DNA of 64,000 nucleotides, taken from contig NC_091984.1 of the NCBI RefSeq assembly GCF_044704955.1, positions 169,694,001 through 169,758,000 of the forward strand, read 5' to 3'. A model generated the notes under the pieces. It ran no database searches, was not told where the DNA came from, and worked only from the letters and a program-made list of their open reading frames with translations. Below, piece by piece: positions 36,679 through 49,021 of this stretch. Positions within the stretch are counted from its first letter, which is position 1; every line of letters starts with the position of its first letter. Source of the stretch: Pristiophorus japonicus. Taxonomy: Eukaryota. The position numbers and the translations under genes are program-made.

Positions 36679-38480
36679 ATGGAAGGCAAGTGCAAAGGGA
36701 AACAAAAATATGCTGAAGAAAATCGTGGTTTGCAACAGGAGTGGGAGAATTAGTACTTTTTTGTAGAACATAATGGTAAGGCCATGTGTCTTCTGAGCCA
36801 GATGTGTATCTCTCAGTTCAAATCTTCAAACATGCAGCGCCATTTCGCTTTCAGCCATGCACATTTGGATCAAGGATTCCCACAAGGTTCTGAACTCTGC
36901 ACTTTAAAACTAAAAACTTTGAAACAACAAACAGATGTACAAGCCCAGGTCCTCACCAGATTTACCCAAACAATCTCAGACAGTAATGCTAGCCTCCTAT
37001 TATGTGGCCTGGCACATAGCCCGTACGACAAAGCCCTATTCTGAAGGTGAGTTTATAAAAAGGTGCCTCACTGATGTGATTTCAATCCTGTCACCAGAGA
37101 ATGAGAATCTACAGAAGACAATGTCTGGCCTGCAGCTCACACCACACAATAGGACGCAGAATCTCCGACCTGAATAATGACCTTGAATCGCAACTACACT
37201 CACACCTTCAGCAGCGCGAGTATTTGAGCATCGCCTTGGATGAGTCATGTGACGTACAAGATAAACCTCAGTTGTCAGTATTTGTCCGCACCGCATCTGA
37301 CGACTGTGTTGTAAGGGAAGAACTGCTCGATATCATATCACTAAAGGCCAGAACTCGTGGACGAGATATAAAAGAAGCATTGGTGTCGGTAGTTGCAAAC
37401 AACTTGCCTTTACAGAGCTCACTGCCATTGCGACGGACCGGGCTCTGTCCATGTGGGGACCTGTGAATGGATTAGTGGGGCTTTGTAAATCTGATGGGTG
37501 CTTTCCTGAATTTTGGACATTTCACTGCGTTATTCATCTTGGGCACATGGTGTCTAAAAATCTCAAATTATATCACATCATGAAACTGTCTTAAAGACAT
37601 TGTGAATTAAATTCGCACAAATGCACTCAATCACAGACAATTTCAAAATGTAATTAAAGACCTGAATGAAGACGACTCCCCTGCCGATTTGTCAATTCAC
37701 TGCTCAGTTCCATGGCTCTCGAGAGGTAAAGTTAATCCCCGTGTTTTCGAGCTGCTGGAACCAGTGACATTGTAAGAGAAACAGAGAATACATACCGAGC
37801 TTACAGATCCGGGGTGGGTTCTAGATTTGGCATTTTTTGCAGACATGCTGCTGCATTTGGATAAACTAAACGTGGAATTTCAGGGGAAATTCAAGTTGCT
37901 GTGAGATCTAGTGCAAAGTGTATTTGTGTTCATAAACAAATTGCAATTGTTTCACAGGCAAAAACTTCAAGCCAGATCAAAAGAAGATGAAGCAGAGCCC
38001 CTGAAGTGGAGCACAACTAGGTATGCAAGCTTGGTTAAAGATCTTAAGGACAATTTTGAGGAAAGATTGTAAGATTTGCAGCGGAAAAGACCTCAAATCA
38101 GATTTCTGATTGACCCTTTTAGTGCTGAAGTGGATTGTCTGATGCCCTCTTTAGCCATTAACACAGCAACGTCCCAGTTGGAAATCATAGAACTTTTGGA
38201 AGATGAGAGAATGAAATCTGGTCAGAAGACAGAGGGGACCCTTACTTGCTGGAAATCTGTATCAAAGGATAAATACCCCATCAGGTGCAGCCCTAAAATT
38301 TATCTCCATGTTTGCCTCGACTTCTGAGTCTGTTTTCTTGACACTCAAACTTTTGAAATTCCAGTACCGATCAGCTTCGACGGACAGACGCTTAGAAGGA
38401 CTGCCGCATGTGGGCACAACTGAACACAAACCAAACTTCAAGGGAACTGCAGCAAGCAAGGATTGCCGGAAGTCACTTAA
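36679..38480 (+). pseudogene. decayed hAT/Charlie (SPIN/GTF2IRD2-type) transposase
   Basis: EWEN*YFFVEHNGKAMCL..K..N.QRHF, KPYSEGEFIKRCL, LSIALDESCD..D.PQL.VFVR, EELL, FHCVIH, WLSRG, LDLAFFAD, C-terminal TTEHKPNF. Confidence 0.9.
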
Positions 38481-38639
38481 CCTGTCTATATAAGTAAAAA
38501 AGTAAGTTTTCACTATCATCATAGTTCATTATATGTATATTACTATTATATTATAATATAAATTATAAATGTATAAATATACGTATATATATATCAAAAA
38601 ATCATTACATATTACTATGGCTCTTTGGCAATAAACATT

Positions 38640-38682
38640 TATAAATTCTGGCTCCTTGTCAGGCTCAGGTTGGCCACCCCTG
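38640..38682 (+). mobile_element. right TIR region of the hAT element
   Basis: TGGCTCC...AGGTTGGCCACCCCTG is a typical Charlie-group terminus; left TIR not found. Confidence 0.7.
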
Positions 38683-38734
38683 CAATAATGCTTTTATCTG
38701 GCGGCAAGAATCTTTTTTAGGGCCTTCACTTATA

Positions 38735-39738
38735 GCAGTAAAGAGAGAGTGGGAATAAACAGGTCATTGTTGGGATGGCAGGGTGCAACTAGTGGAGTGC
38801 CGCAAGGTTAAGTGCTTGGGCTTCTGCTATTTACAATCTAAATCAATGACTTAGATTAGGGCACTGAGTGTAATATATCCAAGTTTTTTGATGATACAAA
38901 GCTAGATGGGAAAGTAAGCTGTGAAGAGGCTGAACAGGGATATAGACAGGTTAAGTGACTGGGCAAGAAAGTGGCAGATGGAGTATAATGTGGGGAAATG
39001 TGAAATTATCCACTTTGGTAGGAAGAATAGAAAAGCAGAATATTTAAAAATATGTTTGTATGCAAAGGGATTTGGGTGTCCTTTATCCACAAATCACAGA
39101 AAGTGAACTTCCAGGTACAGCAAGCAATCAGAAGGGCAGATGGTATGTGAACCTTTACTGCAAGGGGTTTGGAGTGCAAGAGTAAAGAAGTCTTACTGCA
39201 ATTATACGGGGCTTTGGTGAGACCACACCTGGAGTAGTGTGCAGTTTGGTTGCTTTACTAAGGAAGGATATACTTGTCTTGGAGGGGTGCAATGAAGGTT
39301 CACTAGATTGATTCCTGGGATAAGAGGGATTGAGTAGAATGGGCCTATATTCTCGGGCCTATATTCTCTGAAGTGTACAAGAATGAGAGGTGATTGTATT
39401 GAAGCGTATAACATTCTTCCAAGGCTTGACAGTGTAGATGCCGAGAGGCTGTTTCCCTTGGCTGGAGAGTCTCGAACTGGGGTCTCAAGATAAGGGGACA
39501 GCTATTCAGGACTGAGATGAGGAGAAATTTCTTCACTCTGAGGGTTATGAATTCGGAATTCTTTACCTCAGAGGGCTGTGGATGCTCAGTCGATGAGTAT
39601 ATTCTAAACAGAGATTAAGGGAATCAAGGGTTATGGGGATAGGACAAGAAAATTGAGTTGATGTAGAAGTTCACCCATGAATGACGCAACAGACTTGAGG
39701 GGCATTATGGCCTACTCCTGCTCCTATTTCTTATGTTG
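38735..39738 (+). mobile_element. CR1 3' fragment, decayed
   Basis: SGVPQG, DIDRLSDWARKWQMEYNVGKC; CR1 tail. Confidence 0.88.
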
Positions 39739-39789
39739 TCAACATGGAGATCTTCCAGCATGTCTGCCTGTAAATAATTTAATATCAGT

Positions 39790-39990
39790 TGGCACCACTT
39801 GTTCTTCTGAATCAGAAGGTTGTGGGTTCCAGCCTCATTCCAGGACTTGAGTACATAATCTCTAGGCTGACATTTCAGTGCAGTACTGAGGAAATGTTGT
39901 AGTATTGGAGATGCTATCCTTTGGTGTGACGTTACAACCAATGCCCCATCTCCGTGTTCCAGTGATTCAGGTGAACGTTAAAAGATTAAT
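39790..39990 (+). mobile_element. SacSINE1/DeuSINE 5' part
   Basis: CTGAATCAGAAGGTTGTGGGTTCC...GGACTTGAGTACATAATCTCTAGGCTGACA. Confidence 0.75.
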
Positions 39991-39994
39991 CGCA

Positions 39995-40340
39995 CCATCA
40001 CTCCACCAAATAGTGGGAAGGTGATAGAGGAGCAGATTTGCAAAGAAATTACTGAGAGGTGCAAGAACTATAGAGTAGCAATAATGGTAGACGTTAACTA
40101 CCCCAATACTGAACAGCATAGTGATTGTGTTAAGGGCACAGAAGAGGAGGAATTTCTGAAGTGTGTGCAGGAGAATTTTCTTGATCAGAATGTCTCCTGC
40201 CCAACACGAAGGAGGCATTGCCAGATCTGGTCCTGGGGAATGAAGTGGGTCAAGTGGGGAATGTCATAGTTGGAGAGCATCTCAGGAATAGCGATCATAG
40301 TACAGTAAGATTTAGTTTAGTTATGGAGAAGGACAAAGCC
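39995..40340 (+). mobile_element. older CR1 endonuclease fragment (probably continues at 44226-44495)
   Basis: EEQICKEI, FLKCVQENFLDQ, DLVLGNE, SDH motifs. Confidence 0.8.
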
Positions 40341-40349
40341 AGTCAGTTT

Positions 40350-41705
40350 ATCAGTGGTGGTAAACATTTGGAAACAAGGAGAGCTCAGACACGTGTCATG
40401 CTCCTCCTGTGCAATGTGGGAAGTCAGGGACGCTTCCAGTGTCCCTGACGACTACATGTGCAGGAAGTGTATCCTGCTGTAGCTCCTGACAGACCGCATT
40501 GCGGCACTGGAGCTGCGCATGGACTCACTCTGGAGCATCCGCGAAGCTGAGGATGTCGTGAATAGCACATTTAGTGAGTTGGTCACACCGCAGGCAAAGG
40601 TTACACAGGCAGATAAGGAATGGGTGACCATCAGGCAGAGCAGTGGAAGGAAGGTAGAGCAGGGGTCCCCTGCGGTCATCCCCCTCCAAAACAGAGACAC
40701 CGTTTTGGGTATTGTTGGGAGGGATGACTCATCAGGGGAAGGCAGCAGCAGCCACGTTCATGGCACCATGGGTGGCTCTGCTGCTCAGGAGGGCAGGAAG
40801 AAGAGTGGGAGAGCTATATTGGTAGGGGATTCAATTGTAAGTGGAATAGATAGGCGTTTCTATGGCCGCAATCGAGACTCCAGGATGGGATGTTGCCTCC
40901 CTGGTGCAAGGGTCAAGGATGTCTTGGAGCAGCTGCAGGACATTTTCGAGGGGGAGGGTGAACAACCAGTTGTCGTGATGTACCAAAGATATAGGTAAAA
41001 AAATCAGGATGAGGTCCTACAAGCTGAATTTAGGGAGCTAGGAGTTAAATTATAAAGTAGGACCTCAAAGGTAGTAATCTCAGGATTGCTACCATTGTCA
41101 AGTGCTAGTCAGAGTAGGAATTGCAGGATAGCTAAGATGAATACGTGGCTTGAGGAGTGGTGCAGGAGGGAGGGATTCAAATTCCTGGGACATTAGAACT
41201 GGTTCTGGGGGAGGTGGGACTAGTACAAACCGGACGGTCTGCACCTGGACAGGACCGGAACCAATGTCCTAGGGGAAGTGTTTGCTGTTGGGGAGGGGTT
41301 AAACTAATATGGCAGGGGGATGGGAACCTATGCAGGGAGACAGAGGGAAGTAAAACAGGGGCAGAAGCAAAAGATAGAAGAAGAAAAGTAAATGTGGAGG
41401 GCAGAGAAAACCAAGGCAAAAATCAAAAAGGGCCACATTACAGCAAAAGTCTAAAGGGACAAAGTGTTTTAAAAAGACAAGCCTGAAGGCGCTGTGCCTC
41501 AATGCGAGGAGTATTCGTAATAAGGTGGACGAATTAACTGCGCAGGTAGCTATTAACAAATATGATATAATTGCCATTACAGAGACATGGCTCCAGGGTG
41601 ACCAAGGCTGGGAACTCAACATCCAGGGGTATTCAACATTCAGGAAGGATGGACAGATAGGAAAAGGAGGTGGAGTAGTGTTGCTGGTTAGAGAAGAAAT
41701 TAACA
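40350..41705 (+). mobile_element. CR1 5' part: ORF1 (esterase) and start of ORF2
   Basis: CSSCAMW...CRKC finger, ILVGDSIV, CCLPGA, DGLHL, then LCLNARSI/ITETWL. Confidence 0.93.
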
Positions 41706-43761
41706 TAAAAACATAGAAAATAGGTGCAGGAGTAGGCCATTCGGCCCTGCACCACCATTCAATAAGATCATGGCTGATCATTCACCTCAGTACTCCTTTC
41801 CTGCTTTCTCTCCATACCCTTTGATCCCTTTAGCCGTAAGGGCCATATCTAACTCCCTCTTGAATATATCCAATGAACTGGCATCAACAACTCTCTGCGG
41901 TAGGGAATTCCACAGGTTAACAACTCTCTGAGTGAAGAAGTTTCTCTTCATCTCAGTCCTAGATGGCTTACCCCTTATCCTTAGACTGTGTCCCCTGGTT
42001 CTGGGCTTCCCCAACATCGGGAACATTCTTTCTGCATCTAACCTGTCCAGTCCCATCAGAATTTTATGTTTCTATGAGACTCCCTCTCATCCTTCTAAAC
42101 TCCAGTGTATAAAGGCCCAGTCGATCCAGTCTCTTCTCATATGTCAGTCCAGCCATCCCTGGAATCAGTCTGGTGAATCTTCGCTGCACTCCCTCAATAG
42201 CAAGAACATCCTTCCTCAGATTAGGAGACCAAAACTGAACACAATATTCCAACTGAGGCCTCACCTGTACAACTGCAGCAAGACCTCCCTGCTCCTGTAT
42301 TAAAAATCCCTAGCTATGTAGGCCAACATACTATTTGCCTTCTTCACCGCCTGCTGTACCTGCATGCCAACTTTCAATGACTGATGTACCATGACACCCA
42401 GGTCTCGTTGCACCTCCCCTTTTCCTAATCTGCCGCCATTCAGATAATATTCTGCCTTCCTGTTTTTGCCACCAAAGTGGATAACCTCACATTTATCCAC
42501 TTTATACTGCATCTGCCATGCATTTGCCCACTCACCTAACCTGTCCAAGTCACCCTGCAGCTTCTTAGCATCCTCCTCACAGTTCACACCGCCACCCAGT
42601 TTAGTGTCATCTGCAAACTTGGAGATATTACACTCAATTGCTTCATCCAAATCATTAATGTATATTGTAAATAGCTGGGGGCCCAGCACTGAGCGCTGCG
42701 GGACTCCACTAGTCACTGCCTCCCATTCCGAAAAGGACCCGTTTATCCTGACTCTCTGCTTCCTGTCTGCCAACCAGTTCTCTATCCACGTCAGTACATT
42801 ACCCCCAATACCATGTGCTTTGATTTTTCACACCAATCTCTTGTATGGTACATTGTCAAAAGCCTTTTGAAAGTCCAAATACACCACATCCAGTGGTTCT
42901 TCCTTGTCCTCTCTACTAGTTACATCCTCAAAAATTCTAGAAGATTTGTCAAGCATGATTTCCCTTTCATAAATCCATGTTGACTTGGACCGATCCTGTC
43001 ACTGCTTTCCAAATGCGCTGTTATTTCATCTTTAATAATTGATTCCAACATTTTCCCCACTACGGATGTCAAGCTAACCGGTCTATAATTACCCGTTTTC
43101 TCACTCCCTCATTTTTTAAAAAAGTGGTGTTACATTAGCTACCCTCCAGTCCATAGGAACTGATCCAGAGTCGATAGACTATTGTACAATGATCACCAAT
43201 GCATCCACTATTTCTAGGGTCACTTTATTAAGTACTCTGGGATGCAGACTATCAGGCCCCGGGGATTTATCGGTCTTCAGTTCCTTCAATTTCCTTAACA
43301 CAATTTCCCGCCTTAGAAGGATTTCTTTCAGTTCCTCTTTCTCACTAGACCCTCGGTCCCCTAGTACTTCCGGAAGGTTATTTGTGTCTTCCTTCGTGAA
43401 GACAGAACCAAAGTATTTGTTTAACTGATCTGCCATTTCTTTGTTCCCCATTATAAATTCACCTGAATCTGACTGCAAGGGACCTACGTTTGTCTTCACT
43501 AATCTTTTTCTCTTCACATAACCATAGAAGCTTTTGCAGTCAGTTTTTATGTTCCCAGCAAGCTTCCTCTCGTACTCTATTTTCCTCCTCCTAATTAAAC
43601 CCTTTGTCCTCCTCTACTGAATTCTAAATTTCTCCCAGTCCTCAGGTTTGCTGCTTTTTCTGGCCAATTTATATGCCTCTTCCTTGGATTTAACACTATC
43701 CTTAATTTCCCTCGTTAGCCACGGTTGAGCCATCTTCCCCCTTTTATTTTTACTCCAGATA
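41706..43761 (-). mobile_element. antisense CR1 nested in the plus-strand CR1
   Basis: Tail at 41706; RT motifs in ORFs 42064-43517. Confidence 0.93.
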
Positions 43762-44225
43762 GGGATGGCAGGACTGACATATGAGGAGAGACTGGATCAA
43801 CTGGGCCTGTATTCACTGGAGTTTAGAAGAACGAGAGGGGATCTCATAGAAACGTATCAGATTCTGACGGGACTGGACAGGTTCGATGCAGGAAAAATTT
43901 TCCCGATGTTGGGGAAGTCCAGAACCAGGGGACATAGTCTAAGGTTAAGGGGTAAGCCATTTTGGACTCAGATGAGGAGAAACTGCTTCACCCAGAGAGT
44001 TGTGAACCTGTGGAATTCTCTTCCGCAGAGAGTTGTTGATGCCAGTTCATTAGATATATTCAAGAGGGAGTTGGATATGGCCCTTACGGCTAAAGGGATC
44101 AAGGGATATGGAGAAAAAGCAGGAAAGGGGTGCTGAGGTGAATGATCAGCCATGATCTTATTGAATGGTGGTGCAGGCTCGAAGGGCCGAATGGCCTGCT
44201 CCTGCCCTAATTTCTATGTTTCTAT
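43762..44225 (+). mobile_element. CR1 3' end
   Basis: MAGLTYEERLDQLGLYSLE...; TTTCTATGTTTCTAT tail. Confidence 0.93.
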
Positions 44226-44495
44226 TCAGGAGAACATTTATAGCCACTTGGACAAACATAGACTAATAAAGGGGAGCCAGTACAGATTTGTGTAGGGCAA
44301 ATCAGATTTGACTAACTTGATTCAGTTTTTTAATGAGGTAACAGAGAAGGTGGATGAGGGAAGCGCAGTTGATGTGTATATGGACTTTCAAAAGGCACTT
44401 TATAAAGGTACCACATATTAGGTTTGTTGGCAAAATTGAAGCCTATGGGATAAAAAGGGCAGTAGCTGCTTGGATACAAAAGTGGCTAAGGAATT
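44226..44495 (+). mobile_element. older CR1 RT fragment
   Basis: LTNLIQFFNEVTEKVDEG..VDVYMDFQKA remnant. Confidence 0.8.
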
Positions 44496-44496
44496 G

Positions 44497-44801
44497 TGGC
44501 GAGAGAGTTATGCCGCAGTAACCTTAACCTCAATGAGCAGTGTGGTCCTAATGGTGCTGGTTGGCTGCAGATCTCCCTTAATGAGGTGGCATATCTCACT
44601 GATGACCTCCTTTCAGAATCGCAGCCTTCTAATGCACATGTTATCGGACAAGTCCAGGTATAATCGTTTATCCCTGTAAATGTGTTGGGTGTAACTCCTG
44701 AGCAGTCTGCCACCTCTTTGATTGAAGAGCATTATGTGCCCAATGAACCTTCTCCCATCTTTATTCTGCAGCAATACTGGTTGAGAAATTACAAGCCCCA
44801 T
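44497..44801 (-). pseudogene. PIF/Harbinger (HARBI1-like) transposase N-terminal fragment
   Basis: IYRDKRLYLDLSDNMCIRRLRF*KEVISEICHLIKGDLQP...IEVKVTAA resembles the Harbinger transposase N-terminus. Confidence 0.8.
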
Positions 44802-45080
44802 CACTATAAATGCCCTAATCGATCTTCTTAAATTGTCCTCAACAAAGTGATTAGATGATTGGCGAGATTCAAAAATGCCCTTAAAATCACTCACAAATTA
44901 CTTCTCCTCCCAACCATTTCAAACAGCCTTTTATTAAAAATCCTCCATGGCATTCATCTGCCGAGTTAAGGCCAGGTGAGTGCAGCTTTTCTTGAGCGTC
45001 TTTTTGGTCGAGCAATCATTTGGGCGAAATGCCGAAAGTAGCGCTAGGCGATAATCTGGGCGATTATCAGGCGCTAGTTT

Positions 45081-46650
45081 CATAGAAACATAGAAACATA
45101 GAAAATAGGTGCAGGAGTAGGCCATTCGGCCCTTCTAGCCTGCACCGCCATTCAATGAGTTCATGGCTGAACATGCAACTTCAGTACCCCATTCCTGCTT
45201 TCTCGCCATACCCCTTGATCCGCCTAGTAGTAAGGACCTCATCTAACTCCTTTTTGAATATATTTAGTGAATTGGCCTCAACAACTTTCTGTGGTAGAGA
45301 ATTCCACAGGTTCACCACTCTCTGGGTGAAGAAGTTCCTCCGCATCTCGGTCCTAAATGGCTTACCCCTTATCCTTAGACTGTGACCTCTGGTTCTGGAC
45401 TTCCCAAACATTGGGAACATTCTTCCTGCATCTAACCTGTCTAACCCCGTCAGAATTTTATATGTTTCTATGAGGTCCCCTCTCATTCTTCTGAACTCCA
45501 GTGAATACAAGCCCAGTTGATCCAGTCTTTCTTGATAGGTCAGTCCCGCCATCCCGGGAATCAGTCTGGTGAACCTTCGCTGCACTCCCTCAATAGCAAG
45601 AATGTCCTTCCTCAGGTTAGGAGACCAAAACTGTACACAATACTCCAGGTGTGGCCTCACCAATGCCCTGTACAACTGTAGCAACACCTCCCTGCCCCTG
45701 TACTCAAATCCCCTTGCTATGAAGGCCAACATGCCATTTGCTTTCTTAACCGCCTGCTGCACCTGCATGCCAACCTTCAATGACTGATGTACCATGACAC
45801 CCAGGTCTCTTTGCACCTCCCCTTTTCCTAATCTGTCACCATTCAGATAATAGTCTGTCTCTCTGTTTTTACCACCAAAGTGGATAACCTCACATTTATC
45901 CACATTATACTTCATCTGTCATGCATTTGCCCACTCACCTAACCTATCCAAGTCGCTCTGCAGCCTCACAGCATCCTCCTCGCAGCTCACACTGCCACCC
46001 AACTTAGTGTCATCCGCAAATTTGGAGATACTACATTTAATCCCCTCGTCTAAATCATTAATGTACAGTGTAAACAGCACAGAACCTTGCGGTACCCCAC
46101 TAGTCACTGCCTGCCATTCTGAAAAGTACCCATTTACTCCTACTCTTTGCTTCCTGTCTGACAACCAGTTCTCAATCCATGTCAGTACACTATCCCCAAT
46201 CCCATGTGCTCTAACTTTGCACATCAATCTCTTGTGTGGGACCTTGTCGAACGCCTTCTGAAAGTCCAAATATACCACATCAACTGGTTCTCCCTTATCC
46301 ACTCTACTGGAAACATCCTCAAAAAATTCCAGAAGATTTGTCAAGCATGATTTCCCTTTCACAAATCCATGCTGACTTGGACCTATCATGTCACCTCTTT
46401 CCAAATGCACTGCTATGACATCCTTAATAATTGATTCCATCATTTTACCCACTACCGATGTCAGGCTGACCGGTCTATAATTCCCTGTTTTCTCTCTCCC
46501 TCCTTTTTTAAAAAGTGGGGTTACATTGGCTACCCTCCACTCCATAGGAACTGATCCAGAGTCTATGGAATGTTGGAAAATGACTGTCAACGCATCCACT
46601 ATTTCAAAGGCCACCTCCTTAAGTACTCTGGGATGCAGTCCATCAGGCCC
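45081..46650 (-). mobile_element. young CR1, same subfamily as 18718-20605
   Basis: Near-identical tail and ORF2 (231+244 aa, one stop, a small in-frame deletion). Confidence 0.95.
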
Positions 46651-46889
46651 TATTATAAACAGTATACTGGGCCTTGCACGAAGATGACGTCATATTTTTT
46701 TAAAAATAGCCCGAGAGATGTCGCTCATTCCTATATGCCGAAAGTTGCGCCGGTGATAAATGGGCTACAATTGAGCCTGCTCCGCCATTTAATACGATCA
46801 TGGCTGATCTGATCATGGACTCAGGTCCACTTCCCTGCCCACTCCCCATAACCCCTTATCGGTTAAGATAAGGGACTATCTTAACAGAT

Positions 46890-48263
46890 ATACCAGTATA
46901 AGGGCGCCCTTATACATGGCCTTTTTCGATCTTACAAAGGCCTGTGACACTGTCGACCATGAGGGCTGATGGAGCATCCTCCTCCATTTTGGGTGCCCCC
47001 AAAAGTTAGTCAACATTCTTCGCCTGCTCCATGACGACATGCAGGTCGTGATTCTTATCAGCAGATCCGTTCCACGTCCGAACTGGGGTCAAACAGGGCT
47101 GCGTCATGGCTCCAAACCTCTTCTCAATCTTCCTCGCTGCCATGCTCCATCTCACGGTCGACAAGCTGGAGTGGAACTAAACTACAGAACCAGTGGGGGA
47201 AGCTGTTTCATCTATGCCGCCTCCAAACCAGGTCCAAGACCACCCCAAACTCTGTCGTTGAACTTCAGTATGCGGACGACGCCTGTGTCTGCGCACATTC
47301 TGAGACTGAACTCCAGGATATAGTCGATGTATTCACCGAGGCATATGAAAGCATGGGCCTTACGCTTAACATTCGTAAGACAAAGGTCCTCCACCAGCCT
47401 GTCCTCTTCGCACAGCACTGCCCTCCAGTCATCAAGATTCATGGCGCGGACCTCGACGGCACGGACCACTTCCCATACCTCGGGAGCCTCTTGTCAACAA
47501 AGGCAGACATTGATGCGGAGATTCAACATCGCCTTCAGTGCGCCAGTGCAGCCTTCGGCCGCCTGAGGAAAAGACTGTTCGAAGACCAGGCCCTCAAACC
47601 TACCATCAAGCTCATGGTCTACAGGGCTGCAGTAATACCCGCCCTCCTGTGTGGATCAGAGACATGGACGACTAACAGAAGACACATCAAGTCTCTAGAG
47701 ATATATCACCAACGATGTCTCCGCAAGACCCTGCAAATCCCCTGGGAGGACAAACGCACCAACATCAGTGTCCTCGCCCAGGCTAACATCCCCAGCATTG
47801 AAGCACTAACCACACTCGATCAGCTTCGCTGGGCAGGCTACATAGTTCACATGCCAGACACGAGACTCCCTAAGCAACTGCTCTATATGGAGCTCCTTCA
47901 TGGCAAACAAGCCAAAAGGTGGGCAGCAGAAACGTTACAAGGACACCCTCAAAGCCTCCCTGGTGAATTGCAACATCACCACTGATGCCTGGGAGACCCT
48001 GGCCGAAGACTGCCCCAGGTGGATAAAGTGCATCCGGGAGTGCGTTGAGCTCTTCGAATCTCAACGCTGCGAGCGTGAAGAGATCAGGCGCAGGTAGCGG
48101 AAGGAGTGTGTGATAAATCAGTGCCACCCACCCTTCCCCCGACGGATATGTGTCCCACCTGTGACAGGGTCTGTGGCTCTCGTGTTGGACTGTTCAGCTA
48201 CCAAAGAACTCACTTTAGGAGTGGAAGCAAGTCTTCTTCGATTCCGAGGGAAGGCCTATGATG
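46890..48263 (+). mobile_element. 5'-truncated RTE (BovB-like clade) LINE
   Basis: LYMAFFDLTKA, LQYADD, GLTLNIRKTKVL, FPYLGS, SETWT, FHQRCLR-like, QLRWAG; (ATG)n tail; TSD ATCGGTTAAGA at 46858-46868 and 48264-48274. Confidence 0.93.
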
Positions 48264-48808
48264 ATCGGTTAAGAAACTGTCTATCTCTGTCTTAAATGTA
48301 TTCAATGTCCCAGCTTCCACAGTTCTCTGAGGCAGCGAATTCCACAGATTTACAACCCTCAGAGCAGAAGTTCCTTCTCATCTCAGTTTTAAATGGGCGA
48401 CTCCTTATTCTCAGATTATGCCCCCTATTTCTAGTCTCCCCCATCAGTGGAAACATCCTCTCTGCATCCACCTTGTCAAGCCCCCTCATAATCTTATACG
48501 TTTCAGTAAGATCACCTCTCATTCTTCTGAATTCCAATGAGTAGAGGCCCAACCTACTCAAGCTTTCCTCATAAATCAACCCCCTCATCTCCGGAATCAA
48601 CCTGGTGAACCTTCTCTGAACTGCCTCCAAAGCAAGTATATCCTTTCATGAATATGGAAACCAAAACTGTACGCAGTATTCCAGGTGTGGCCTCACCAAT
48701 ACCCTGTACAGCTGAAACAAGACTTCCCTGCTTTTATACTCCATCCCCTTTGCAATAAAGCCAAGATTCCATTGGTCTTCCTGATCATTTGCTGTACCTG
48801 TATACTAA

Positions 48809-49021
48809 CTTATGTATGTAAACATTGTAACTGTGCAAGACTTGCCACCAGAGGGCGCAACTGTTGGAGGCCCAAAGGTCACCTGCACACCTCGAGCAAG
48901 GGAGTATAAAAGGTTGTCTACCATGCTGCTTAGGCACTCTGGAGTTGTATTAAAGAGACTAAGGTCACATCAGTTTTAGCTCACAGTACTCAGTCTTGTG
49001 GAGTTCTTCCATACTTAAACA
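48809..49021 (+). mobile_element. solo LTR (Gypsy-like)
   Basis: 4-bp TSD CTAA interrupting CR1; TATAAAA, ATTAAA; ends ...AACA; homologous to 62982-63230. Confidence 0.8.

Noticed and set aside
44497-44894. Domesticated HARBI1 gene
   Set aside because: In-frame stops, truncation and transposon subterminal context
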